64,000 bases of DNA, taken from IMG/VR virus record IMGVR_UViG_3300036772_000271, positions 5,062 through 69,061 of that record; one strand, given 5' to 3'. The DNA is from a virus. A program made the translations under genes and the position numbers. Position 1 is the stretch's first letter. The number at the start of each line of letters is the position of its first letter. Shown here in pieces: positions 28,415 through 37,428 of this stretch. The notes under the pieces are model-generated. The model was not told where the DNA came from and made no database searches. It was given only the letters and a program-made list of their open reading frames with translations.

Positions 28415-28701
28415 GGCGCGTCAGGTCCGCGGGTCAGCGCCTCTAGGCCCTCTTCGACGCTGACGACACCGGGGCTATCCGGGTCGAGGACACTCAGGGC
28501 GCAGCACACGATGTCGAGCGCCCACCGTGCGCCCTTCAGCGCGCCGGCGGGCACCTGGTCAGGATCGACCGGCTCGCGGCCGTGCAGGCCCTCTCTGGGG
28601 CCGTCAGCGGCCGCCAGGTCGACCGGCAGGCCGACTGCGTTGATCAGGGCGTACGCGGCGTCCTTGAGCGCCAGGGCGAGCCGGTCGACGTCGTCGCTCA
28701 T
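28411..28701 (-). CDS. Hypothetical protein
   Basis: Coupled ORF. Confidence 0.5.
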   Translation of the reverse strand: MSDDVDRLALALKDAAYALINAVGLPVDLAAADGPREGLHGREPVDPDQVPAGALKGARWALDIVCCALSVLDPDSPGVVSVEEGLEALTRGPDAP

Positions 28702-28937
28702 CGCGGCGCCAGCCGGCGAAGCACCATCGCGACGGGGTCGTGCACTCTGGTCAGCCAGGCGCCACCGGCACAGAGCCGACTGTTACCGAACGGCGTCACC
28801 GGCGACACGTCGCCGCAAACGGGGCAGTGCCAGACGTGGGTCATCGGGCCGGCCGGCTCCGGTGGACCACCGATGCGGGCCGTCGCGCGCACCCGGCCGC
28901 CAGCGAGACGCCGAATCGTGACTATCGGCGTCCTCAT
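28698..28937 (-). CDS. Hypothetical protein
   Basis: Coupled ORF with CPVCG. Confidence 0.45.
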   Translation of the reverse strand: MRTPIVTIRRLAGGRVRATARIGGPPEPAGPMTHVWHCPVCGDVSPVTPFGNSRLCAGGAWLTRVHDPVAMVLRRLAPR

Positions 28938-29104
28938 GGCTGGCGAAGGTCGATCTCGACGCAGACGATCGGGTCAGCGCCGCGCGCCGTCCGCAGCCCG
29001 AACGCGAGATAGCGACACCCGTCGCCCTCGCCGCCGTAGTCCACGAACGGCCGCGGCACCATCCAGGCGTTGAACTCCACCGAGAGCCTGCGCCAGCGCC
29101 TCAC
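28934..29104 (-). CDS. Hypothetical protein
   Basis: GTGA overlaps on both sides. Confidence 0.35.
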   Translation of the reverse strand: MRRWRRLSVEFNAWMVPRPFVDYGGEGDGCRYLAFGLRTARGADPIVCVEIDLRQP

Positions 29105-30399
29105 GCCGGCACCGGCGCAGCACGGCGCTGCGCGTTCTCCGCGGCCGCGCGCTGCGCCGCGGCAAGCCACTCCTCGTCCCGACGCGCACGCTCCGCCGGA
29201 TCCGGCGCCTGCTCGGGCTCGCACGGCCCCCACGCCCGGCCCCCGGTCGGCTTGTCCTTCCACCGCAGCACCAGGTCGTCGTTGATCACCGGCGCGTGAT
29301 CGGTCTCCTCGTTGAACGCCTTCAGCCGGTCGCGCATCTGCTGCCGCAGCCCGTCGATGACGATGTACCGCTTCGCCTCAACGTCCGCGTCATCGGTGCT
29401 GGCCAGCGCGCCGATGCCGCGCTGCTCCTGCGGCACCGGGCACGACGCGGCGACGGGGCACTGCCGCAGGCATTGCTTCCCGGGCCGCGGCCGCCACACC
29501 TCCGAGCGCTCGCCCTCCGCGATGCCGCGGTCGAGCTTGATCATGTGCACGCTCAGCATCCGCTCGACGTGCTCGAGCTCGGGCCGCGTCAGCGTCATGC
29601 GCCGAATCTCGCCAGACCGGAGATGGATCTCCTCGAACGTGACGCGCTGCGCCTGCGGGTACGTCTTCATCGCGAGTAGCGCGTACACGTCGCCCTGGAA
29701 ATGGCCGCGATCGGACAGGTACTCCTCGCCCTCGATCGTCTCGCCGTCCTTGTGGCCGCGCGGCGTTCGCGGCTTGCCCTGCCCCGACTTGTAATCGCGG
29801 ATAATCAGGCCGTCCGGCGGATCCGCGATCAGCACATCCGGCGCCCCCGTCAGGGTCCGGACCTCGCCGTCTTGGCACACGATGTCGGCCGTCAGGCGCT
29901 GCTCGAGCGCCATCACGCGCCTGGCCGGGATCTCGACCTCAGCGAACCGGAGCGTCAGCCACACGAGCGTGTCGCGCTGCTCCGCGGGCAGTACGATCGG
30001 GCTGGCCGCGTAGACCTCGTACATGATCTCGATCGCTTCCTGCGTCGAGATCTGCGTCTCGCCCTGCCGGTACAGCGTGCGCACGATCTCGGCGAACACC
30101 GCATGGACCATCGTCCCGAGTTCGCCGGTCGCGCCGACGTACCCGACGGCCAGGTCGTCCGGGGTGATCAGCGAGTGGTAGGTGCGGCGCGGGCAGACCT
30201 CGAAGCTGGCGAGCAGGCTCTGGCGGTAGCCGTCGAGCTGGATGACCGGCGCGGGCGCCGGCGGCTCGACGACAGTCCCGGGCGCGACGGCCGACCATGC
30301 CTCGAACGGCCCGCACTGCTGGCCGCGACGCCGGTGATGCTTCGGCCGAACCGCGGCCTGCGAGAGCTTCTCGCACGTGGTGCAGCGCCACACGTTCAT
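29101..30399 (-). CDS. PD-(D/E)xK (RecB/Cas4-like) exonuclease
   Basis: SFEVCPRR, GTMVHAV, GAPDVL, IRDYKSG, Q..VY, C-terminal C..C..C cluster. Confidence 0.85.
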   Translation of the reverse strand: MNVWRCTTCEKLSQAAVRPKHHRRRGQQCGPFEAWSAVAPGTVVEPPAPAPVIQLDGYRQSLLASFEVCPRRTYHSLITPDDLAVGYVGATGELGTMVHAVFAEIVRTLYRQGETQISTQEAIEIMYEVYAASPIVLPAEQRDTLVWLTLRFAEVEIPARRVMALEQRLTADIVCQDGEVRTLTGAPDVLIADPPDGLIIRDYKSGQGKPRTPRGHKDGETIEGEEYLSDRGHFQGDVYALLAMKTYPQAQRVTFEEIHLRSGEIRRMTLTRPELEHVERMLSVHMIKLDRGIAEGERSEVWRPRPGKQCLRQCPVAASCPVPQEQRGIGALASTDDADVEAKRYIVIDGLRQQMRDRLKAFNEETDHAPVINDDLVLRWKDKPTGGRAWGPCEPEQAPDPAERARRDEEWLAAAQRAAAENAQRRAAPVPA

Positions 30400-31181
30400 G
30401 CCGCGACCTCGACGGCCGGGATCAGCGGCCACGCCGCCGGCACGTCCTGCGGCTCGCCCTTCTCCCGGAAGTACTCGGCGAGGCTCACGGCCTGCTCCCT
30501 AGCCCACCGCATCTGCGCCAGGTGCAGCGCCGGCAGATCGTCCCGGACACGCTGCCACTCGCGGTTCAGCACGGCGAGATCCCGGCCATCGCGGCTGTTG
30601 CGGACGCGACGGATGACCTGGCCGCGCTGGCCGATGCACCACGCAACCCTGGCCGCGGCGAGCGCGTCCGATGCCGCGTCGTGCGCGTCGTCGAGCTTCG
30701 CCTGGTAGTGCTCGGCCTGCGCGTCAAGGCGGCGGCTGCCCTTGCGGTAGCGGTGCAGCCACTTGTCGAGCACGAGCGGGTCAACGACAAGCAGCTGCGG
30801 CGGCCGCAGCTCGGGGTACTCGTCGAGCGGCCCGAGGCCGTGGCGGCGCGCTTCGCGGTCAAGGACCGTCAAGTCGAACCGCGCGTTGAAGATGACGACC
30901 GCCGCGCCGGCCGGCCGGGCGACGAGCGTCTTCACGACCTCGACGACGGCGACGGCCGGATCCTGGCCGTCGGCGCGGGCCCGCTCGGTCGTGATGCCAT
31001 GGATCGCCGCGGCCTCCTCGGGGATCTCGACCCCGGGGTCAACGAGCCACGTCCGCGACATCGTCGGCTGCCCGCCGCCGACCTCGACCAGCGCGACCGA
31101 CACGATCCTCGCGTCCTCAGGCTCCGGCGATGTCGTCTCGACATCGAAGCCGACCATCCGCTGCTCCCACCACGCGGGCAT
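30396..31181 (-). CDS. DEDDh 3'-5' exonuclease (DnaQ-like)
   Basis: GFDVETT, HGIT, FNARFD, DPLVLD, AHDAASDA. Confidence 0.9.
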   Translation of the reverse strand: MPAWWEQRMVGFDVETTSPEPEDARIVSVALVEVGGGQPTMSRTWLVDPGVEIPEEAAAIHGITTERARADGQDPAVAVVEVVKTLVARPAGAAVVIFNARFDLTVLDREARRHGLGPLDEYPELRPPQLLVVDPLVLDKWLHRYRKGSRRLDAQAEHYQAKLDDAHDAASDALAAARVAWCIGQRGQVIRRVRNSRDGRDLAVLNREWQRVRDDLPALHLAQMRWAREQAVSLAEYFREKGEPQDVPAAWPLIPAVEVAA

Positions 31182-31184
31182 CGC

Positions 31185-32267
31185 TCAGATCCCCAGGGCG
31201 GCCTGCCCGGCCGATGCCGGGTGCCACCCAATCGGGACGCCCTCGCCGCGGAGTTGGCCGTCGAGCGCGTCGAGCTCGGCGTCGATCTCGCTCGTGCGGT
31301 GCGCCGGGGCGTCTTCGCGGGCAAGCTCGAGGTCGGCCTGCCGGTGCAGCAGCACGTCGATCTTGCTGGCCCACTCGGGCTCGTTGTCGTAGCGATCCTG
31401 CGGCGACGCCTTCTCTGCGGCGATTTCGTCGCGCACGTCCTGATGGCTCTGCACAACTTCGGCGTCGGCCGGCTCGCCTTCCGCGGCGACGCCCTCCGTC
31501 TCGCCGGCCTGCGGCTCGAGCGCGTCGAGTTCCGCGGTCGCCTGCGCAACCCACGCGTTCACGACAGCCGGCGACCTGGAGCCGAGCGTCATCTCGACCG
31601 CCGCCCTGTTGGCGAGCCCGGCGTGCCCGAGGTCGGCGGCGCGGGCGATCAGCGCGTCGACCTTCGGGCCGAGTTTGAGCCCGACCGGCTCGGCGTCCGA
31701 CCCGGCGGTCAGCGCGGGACGGTCTACGAACTCGCCCTCGACGTACACCGGCAGGCCGCCGAGGACGTCCGGTGCGTACCACTTCACGCCATTGCTCATC
31801 GCCCTCGCGAACAGCATGTTGCGCGGCGCGGTCTTCCACCCGCTGCCGTCCTTCACGAGCCCGGCGGTCTTCGCCTCGGCCAGCGTGTACGCCGACCGGC
31901 CTTCCTCCTCGCCGTGGCGGTAGAACACGATCGTGCACGTCTCCGCGGTGTGGTCCTCGACGGAGTAGTCGTAGTCCGGGTGCTGGCGGACGAACGACCC
32001 GAGCATCGGGTACGCGATCTGGATCGCGCCCTTCACGAAGTAGAGGCCCTGCATCGACTGCGCGGGGCTCAGCCCAAGGTCGCGGCCGATGACGAGCTTC
32101 GCGAACGCCTCCTTCGCCTGCTGCGCGTCCTTGAACACGCCGGACGCGGCGAGGCCTTCCGCGAGGCGGTAGAGCCGCCTGATCTCGTCGTCGGACAGGA
32201 CAGCGGCCTGGGACCGCCCGATCGTAGCCGGCAGTCCCGGCGCTCGGACGGCGACTTCCTCGGACAT
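31185..32267 (-). CDS. RecT-like single-strand annealing protein
   Basis: GRDLGLSPAQSMQGLYFVKG, W...PRNMLFARA, APDVLGG; paired with exonucleases. Confidence 0.7.
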   Translation of the reverse strand: MSEEVAVRAPGLPATIGRSQAAVLSDDEIRRLYRLAEGLAASGVFKDAQQAKEAFAKLVIGRDLGLSPAQSMQGLYFVKGAIQIAYPMLGSFVRQHPDYDYSVEDHTAETCTIVFYRHGEEEGRSAYTLAEAKTAGLVKDGSGWKTAPRNMLFARAMSNGVKWYAPDVLGGLPVYVEGEFVDRPALTAGSDAEPVGLKLGPKVDALIARAADLGHAGLANRAAVEMTLGSRSPAVVNAWVAQATAELDALEPQAGETEGVAAEGEPADAEVVQSHQDVRDEIAAEKASPQDRYDNEPEWASKIDVLLHRQADLELAREDAPAHRTSEIDAELDALDGQLRGEGVPIGWHPASAGQAALGI

Positions 32268-32296
32268 TCTGGTGCCTCCATTTGGTAGCGGGTTGC

Positions 32297-32357
32297 GCGA
32301 CCAAAGGTATCAGAAGCACCCGGGATTCAACAGGCCCGTTGTGTTACCGCTGGTCGC
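32297..32357. promoter_or_regulatory. Paired operator-like motifs upstream of the recombination operon
   Basis: GCGACC AAA GGTATC and GTTACC GCT GGTCGC. Confidence 0.7.
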
Positions 32358-32460
32358 GTACGCTACGCTTCCGGTGGATGCCAAACGCCGCGGTCTCCTA
32401 GCGGAGCGGGTTGCAGCGTGAAGCACGGCCGCCGCGGCGCACCCCCGGCATCTCGCGGCC

Positions 32461-32487
32461 GGTCCCGGGCCCGCATGGCCCGGGACC
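32461..32487. terminator. Stem-loop after the lysis cassette
   Basis: GGTCCCGGGC-ccgcatg-GCCCGGGACC perfect 10-bp stem. Confidence 0.5.
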
Positions 32488-32496
32488 AAGCCCCGG

Positions 32497-32706
32497 TCAG
32501 CCCCCGTTCGCTGGCGACGCGAGCGCGGCGGCGTGACCCTCACGCAACTGGGCGAGCAGCTGGTTCATTGCCACGCCGGCGGTCGTGTACGACTCCGCCG
32601 GCGGCGGAGCATCCAGGAGCGCCTTCCACAGCACCCACGGAAGGTCGGCGTGCAGTCGGAGGGGCAGCGTGCCCGGCGGGTCCTCGTGGAGAGCGTCGGC
32701 CGGCAT
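32497..32706 (-). CDS. Hypothetical protein
   Basis: TGATG coupling to the amidase gene. Confidence 0.4.
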   Translation of the reverse strand: MPADALHEDPPGTLPLRLHADLPWVLWKALLDAPPPAESYTTAGVAMNQLLAQLREGHAAALASPANGG

Positions 32707-33266
32707 CAGCTGTGCCGTGCGAGGAGCTTCCCGCGGTAGAAGCCAGCCAGCGCGAGCATGTCGTCCATCGGGTAGGGCGCCCCGGGGTCGCCGTGACCGC
32801 CGCCGATCACGCCGAGATCGGAGTGGCGGACGACGCCCGACCGCACGACCTGGCCGCCATTGACCGAGCCGTGCCGGATCGGCACGCCATGCATCAGCGA
32901 CCAGCGCGCCACCCACCGCGCCGTTTCGCGCAACTCGTCGCGCTTCCACTCCGTCTGCGCCGTGTGGCCGATCTGCTCGATCCCGAGCGACACGCTGTTG
33001 TAGCCCGCGCAGTGCCACGCCTTCTCCTCGTCGACGACGTACCTGGCGGAGTAGCCGGCGTTCGCATCGGTGCAGACATGCGACGACACCTTCGCGATCG
33101 GGTTGCAGAACCAGTCGCCGATGGCCGCGAGGTCCGCGGCGCCAGCGACCTCCGGGCTTTCGGTGGCGTGGATCGTGATGATCTCGATCCGGGTGCCGTT
33201 GCGGCTCGAGCGGAACGGCGAGAGCCGCCGAACGACGACATGCGGATCGATGCGCTGGCCGAGCAT
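32706..33266 (-). CDS. N-acetylmuramoyl-L-alanine amidase (Amidase_2) endolysin
   Basis: IHATE, VSSH, AWHC..N..SLGIE, HSD...HGDPG. Confidence 0.9.
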   Translation of the reverse strand: MLGQRIDPHVVVRRLSPFRSSRNGTRIEIITIHATESPEVAGAADLAAIGDWFCNPIAKVSSHVCTDANAGYSARYVVDEEKAWHCAGYNSVSLGIEQIGHTAQTEWKRDELRETARWVARWSLMHGVPIRHGSVNGGQVVRSGVVRHSDLGVIGGGHGDPGAPYPMDDMLALAGFYRGKLLARHS

Positions 33267-33802
33267 CAGACGACCGGCGGGTTGAACGCTGCGACCGGCG
33301 GCGGCAGGGGAGGCGAGCCGTCGCCAAGGTTGGTGTGCGTCAGCGGCCCGGTGCTGGCCGGTGCGGCGGGCCCGGGGTCGTCGAGCGCCGGGTTGGCGAG
33401 CGCGGCCGCGACGGCAGGCGGGACATGGTCGGGCGCGGCGAGCTCCTCGGCGTCGGACGGCAGGCCCTCGGGCGCCCCGGCGGCGACAGGCGTTGTCGGC
33501 GCTGGCACGGCGGCCGCGAGCGCCGCGGCCTGGACCTGCGCGTCGCCGGCGATCTGGATGTGGTGGCCCTTCAGCCACTTCAGGTCGCCGAGCTGCGTCA
33601 GGCCGGTCGTGGCCAGCCACACGCCGGCGGTCGCGAGGCCCTTCGCGAGCTGGTCCTGGTCGATGCCGTGGATGCCGAGCACGTTCGCCGGGCCGACGAG
33701 GTAGCCGGCGATCGCGCCGGCGCCGAGGTTGATGTACGGCTTGGCGAACGCGACGAACCTGTTGAACGGGATCTGGCTGATGAGGTCGGCGAGCTGCTGC
33801 AC
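33266..33802 (-). CDS. Putative holin
   Basis: Two hydrophobic helices plus KWLKGH; located between two lysins. Confidence 0.6.
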   Translation of the reverse strand: MQQLADLISQIPFNRFVAFAKPYINLGAGAIAGYLVGPANVLGIHGIDQDQLAKGLATAGVWLATTGLTQLGDLKWLKGHHIQIAGDAQVQAAALAAAVPAPTTPVAAGAPEGLPSDAEELAAPDHVPPAVAAALANPALDDPGPAAPASTGPLTHTNLGDGSPPLPPPVAAFNPPVV

Positions 33803-33824
33803 GAGTGGTCTCCTTCGGAAGTAG

Positions 33825-34484
33825 TCAGGTGGTGCGAGCGAGTAGCGACGCGTAGCGGCGCAGGCGAAGCGGGGTCCAGCCGTGGCCGTCGCCGCGCGGC
33901 CGGGGTTGCGCGACGACCCAGATCCGTTTGCGCTGCGCGGTCATCTCGGCGACGAGGTCGGCGAGCCGGGCGGGGTTCTGGCCGGTGCGCTTCAGCTGGT
34001 CTGACTCGCGGATCCACGAGCGTTCTGCCGCGGTGTAGCCGGCAAGCGGATCGGTGAGGCGGCGCAGCAGCGCCGTCGATGCGCCGATGTAGCGGAAGTG
34101 CCACGGCTCGCCGACGCGGAGCCCCTCGTCGTGCGCCCAGCCATAGTCGGGGCCGTGCCGCAGAAGCCATGCTTGGGCCTCAGCCCACGGGCAGTCGACG
34201 GCGAGGCCCCACCCATGGTTGCTGGTCCCTGGCACCGCGGCTGGTGGCGGCTGGTTCGCGAAGAATCCGCGTTGCTGCACGAGGGTGCGGGCGCTTGACG
34301 CGGGGCCGCCCGGCTGGAAGTGCGCGGGGTTCCCGCCGCCGGCGATGAACGCGGCGCGCATCGCGATCCATGTCGTGGCGGCCTCCGGCCAGAGCCGGCC
34401 GCCGGGGATCGCCGCGGTGTTCTGGCTGGTGAAGACGCCGTTCACCGGAACGCCGAGGTCGCGGCCGTTGATCGCGATTGGCAT
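33825..34484 (-). CDS. M15 (VanY-like) peptidase endolysin
   Basis: SART..QQ, AAVPGTSNHGWGLAVD, EPWHFRY. Confidence 0.85.
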   Translation of the reverse strand: MPIAINGRDLGVPVNGVFTSQNTAAIPGGRLWPEAATTWIAMRAAFIAGGGNPAHFQPGGPASSARTLVQQRGFFANQPPPAAVPGTSNHGWGLAVDCPWAEAQAWLLRHGPDYGWAHDEGLRVGEPWHFRYIGASTALLRRLTDPLAGYTAAERSWIRESDQLKRTGQNPARLADLVAEMTAQRKRIWVVAQPRPRGDGHGWTPLRLRRYASLLARTT

Positions 34485-34486
34485 AC

Positions 34487-34501
34487 GCGACCGACGGTAG
34501 C
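34487..34501. promoter_or_regulatory. Operator-like motif / leaderless lysin promoter
   Basis: GCGACC GAC GGTAGC; minus strand TACCGT-cggtcgcgt-ATG. Confidence 0.7.
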
Positions 34502-34537
34502 ACTAGCCCGTGCTGGCTAGTGCATCCTTTGGTAGCG

Positions 34538-34762
34538 CTAGCGCTTCGGGCGTGTGCGCGGCGGCTTGGCCGGCGCTGCGGACTTGCTGAGCGCTTCGAG
34601 CGCCGCGATCGCGTTGTCGCGCTCGACAAGCGCGACCCGCAGATGCTCGCCCAGCGCGCGCTCGCGGACGATCAACTCACCGATCTGCGCCAGGAGAAGG
34701 TTCCGGTCGAGCGTCGGGTCCGGCATCTCGTACTGGCTGGGCACGGGGGTCTCGTCAGGCAT
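34538..34762 (-). CDS. Small coiled-coil protein
   Basis: LLLAQIGELIVRE...; position after the tail fibre. Confidence 0.5.
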   Translation of the reverse strand: MPDETPVPSQYEMPDPTLDRNLLLAQIGELIVRERALGEHLRVALVERDNAIAALEALSKSAAPAKPPRTRPKR

Positions 34763-34796
34763 GCCGCTAACGCTACCAGCGGTCACAGAGCGACAA

Positions 34797-36875
34797 TCAA
34801 GCCTCGGCGCGCTCGAGTTCGTCGACGCGGCCAGCAACATGCTTCAGCGCCTCGACGAGCAGCGGCGTCATACGCATGTAGTCGACGCCCCACATGTCGT
34901 CCTCGGGCTGCGACACGAGCTCCGGCTCGACCTCGGCGACTTCCTGGGCGATGAAGCCGTAATCGCGGCGGTCGGTCGTGCCGATCCAGCCGTGTTTCAC
35001 GCCTCGCAGTGCCCGGATCGTCGCCAGCGCCCGCGAACCGTCAAGCGCCGTGACGCCCTCCTTCAGGCGCCGGTCGCTGAACACCTCGAAGATGCCCGCG
35101 GAATATCCCGAGTCGGTCGTCGTGGATCCGCTCGCATCGATCATCGCGAGAAGACTCGTACGCCCGCTCGCGGATCGGCGGTAGGTGTAGGCGGCGCCGT
35201 TGAAGTACGTGATCTGCGTGGCATTCGCTCCGCTCGGGCCGAGCGTCAACCCGTTCCGCACGAATGTCGCGGTGTTCGGCGTGAAGATCATGTCGAGCGT
35301 CCCGGTCGTCGCGTTGAAGACGCTGAGGTTGTCGTTCGCGCCGTTGTTCGACAGGGTCCACTTCGCCGCGCCTTGGTTGCACAGGGCGAACTGGGCGACC
35401 TGTCCGGCTGGACCCGTATCCACGGTGATCGAGGAGACGCCCGCGGCGGACGTCTTCTGCAGGATCCCCGTTGTCGCGGTAAGCGTTGTCGCGGCCGTCA
35501 TTGAGTTGGCGTTGACGTAGCCGGACACGCCGACATTGCCGGTGATCCCCATGATGCCCGCGGACGAGCGGTAGAGCGCGAGATCCCCGCCTGCGTTCCC
35601 TGGCCCCCAAGTATGCGTGCCCGCATGATCGACGAAAAGGCGGTAGGCGGTGTCACCCGGCACGTTGAAGTACAGCGCGTACGCTCCGGCCGCGGCCTGC
35701 GAATCGAAGCCACCGGGCGCGGTGAGAGTAGCCGCCGTCCAGTGACTATTCGTCTGAAGCGACGACGATGCTGGCCGCCAGATCACCGCGTCACGGCCAC
35801 CGCTGGCGCCCGTCCCGAACTGAAGGCCGCCCGCGATTGTCTGGCAGTCGCTGAACATGACCATGCGGTAGTCCGCGTCACCGGGCTGCCGGGTATGGAT
35901 CGCCCCCACGACACCCGTCCGCTCTGAGTAGACACCGGCCACGCCAATATTGGCGAACGGCCCGCTGCCGACCGTCGTCCCGTCGAGATAGAACCCGAAG
36001 TGGCCGCCGGCAGCTCCCGCGTTCGGGCGGTAGGCGATGTCGCCCCACAGGATCCCTGCGCCATTGAAGCGGAGCGCACCCGAGTAGTCGCCCGCGCCGT
36101 AGCCAGCGGTGCTGTCGTTGTCGCCGATGAACGCGCTGACGGTGTTCTTCGGGGCGCGCCACCAGTGCGTCCCGCCGGCGCTCGCCGAGCTCGTCGACGT
36201 CGCGGCATACGCGGTGTGAATGCCGGACGTCAGCGTCGTGCCGACGACGAGCGCGCCGTCCGTCTTGAGTGTCGCCGCCGCGCTGCGGTACAGGTCGGTG
36301 TCGCCAGCCCACGATAGGACGCGGCCAGCCGGGAACGCGCCGACCGTCATGTTGTCCCACGTGCCGACGATGTCGCCCGTCGGGGCGCCGCGAAGCGTTC
36401 CGCCGATCACGACGTTGACGCCCGAGAACGCGCTGCCGGTCCATGCCGCGGTCGCGACGAGGCGGTAGAGCGCCACGCCCGTTGGGGTCGCGCCGTGCTC
36501 GACGACGGCGAGCGCAAACGAGTACACCGTCGAGTCGATCTCGGGGTTGCCGGGCGCGAAGCTGTTGTCGCTGGCCGTGACGTACACGTCGAGCGTCCGG
36601 GCCGATCCACCAAGGCTGGCGCGCTCGACTGTCGCCGAGTTGTACCGCCATCGCCCAACGATCCCGATCCCGACCTGGTCGTTGCCGGTACCGGCCGGCA
36701 CCTGCAACGTCGTCGGATCACCGGGCTTCAGTTGCAGCACGAAGTTGAACGCCGCGGTACTGATGAACTCGCCGAGCGAGTTCGGCTGGTCAGCCGGGAA
36801 CGCGTCGTGCGGATTGAAATGCCGGTTCGCGGTCACCCCACCGATCGTACGGCCCCCCTGGCGGGCGGCCCACAT
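34797..36875 (-). CDS. Tail fibre with C-terminal peptidase S74 intramolecular chaperone
   Basis: SDRRLKEGV...YGFIAQEVAEVEPELV...VDY...LLVEALK; repeated D..LYRS.A..L module. Confidence 0.85.
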   Translation of the reverse strand: MWAARQGGRTIGGVTANRHFNPHDAFPADQPNSLGEFISTAAFNFVLQLKPGDPTTLQVPAGTGNDQVGIGIVGRWRYNSATVERASLGGSARTLDVYVTASDNSFAPGNPEIDSTVYSFALAVVEHGATPTGVALYRLVATAAWTGSAFSGVNVVIGGTLRGAPTGDIVGTWDNMTVGAFPAGRVLSWAGDTDLYRSAAATLKTDGALVVGTTLTSGIHTAYAATSTSSASAGGTHWWRAPKNTVSAFIGDNDSTAGYGAGDYSGALRFNGAGILWGDIAYRPNAGAAGGHFGFYLDGTTVGSGPFANIGVAGVYSERTGVVGAIHTRQPGDADYRMVMFSDCQTIAGGLQFGTGASGGRDAVIWRPASSSLQTNSHWTAATLTAPGGFDSQAAAGAYALYFNVPGDTAYRLFVDHAGTHTWGPGNAGGDLALYRSSAGIMGITGNVGVSGYVNANSMTAATTLTATTGILQKTSAAGVSSITVDTGPAGQVAQFALCNQGAAKWTLSNNGANDNLSVFNATTGTLDMIFTPNTATFVRNGLTLGPSGANATQITYFNGAAYTYRRSASGRTSLLAMIDASGSTTTDSGYSAGIFEVFSDRRLKEGVTALDGSRALATIRALRGVKHGWIGTTDRRDYGFIAQEVAEVEPELVSQPEDDMWGVDYMRMTPLLVEALKHVAGRVDELERAEA

Positions 36876-36885
36876 CCTGCGGTGG

Positions 36886-37425
36886 CTACAGGGCGTCCTG
36901 GTCCAGCAGCGACCCGTCCAGGATGAACCCGCTCGACGGGCCGCTCGAGAAGAACACGAACACCGTCCGGTGCGCCGGCCACACCGTGAGCGCGATCCGC
37001 TCCACCTCCGACGCCTGGTAGCTGCCCGGCGGGAACGGCACGGTGATGATGTCCTGCAACGCGCCCGGGCTGTTGCGGGTGATCATGAAGCTCGTGCCGA
37101 CAGCCTCGGTCAGCAGATCGATGACGTCGCCGGCCGTCTCGGCGCTCAGGCGTTGCAGCTTGACCTTGATCGTCGTCTGCCGCTGGCTCGTCGTCGCGCC
37201 GGCCGGCGCGATCGGCAGGCCAAGCATCCGTTCCCAGATCCGCAGCAGCTTCAGATCGTCCGTCGCGGTGCCCGGCACCATCCCTGTCTTCAGGGTGTCG
37301 ATCCTCGCGTCGACGCGGTCAATCTCGTTCGCCCTGGCCTGAATGATCCGCTCGACGATCGGGTTGCCGTCGTAGTAGTCCGGCAGGTAGCCCATCATCC
37401 GCAGTGCGGTCGCGGTGAGCGCCAC
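36886..37425 (-). CDS. Baseplate wedge protein (DUF2313/XkdU-like)
   Basis: YLPDYY, TAT..L..WERMLGL, PAH; follows baseplate J. Confidence 0.8.
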   Translation of the reverse strand: MALTATALRMMGYLPDYYDGNPIVERIIQARANEIDRVDARIDTLKTGMVPGTATDDLKLLRIWERMLGLPIAPAGATTSQRQTTIKVKLQRLSAETAGDVIDLLTEAVGTSFMITRNSPGALQDIITVPFPPGSYQASEVERIALTVWPAHRTVFVFFSSGPSSGFILDGSLLDQDAL

Positions 37426-37428
37426 GGG

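Noticed and set aside
29101-30399. CRISPR-Cas system suggested by the Cas4-like nuclease
   Set aside because: No repeat-spacer array or other cas genes; it sits with RecT-like and DnaQ genes as a recombination exonuclease.
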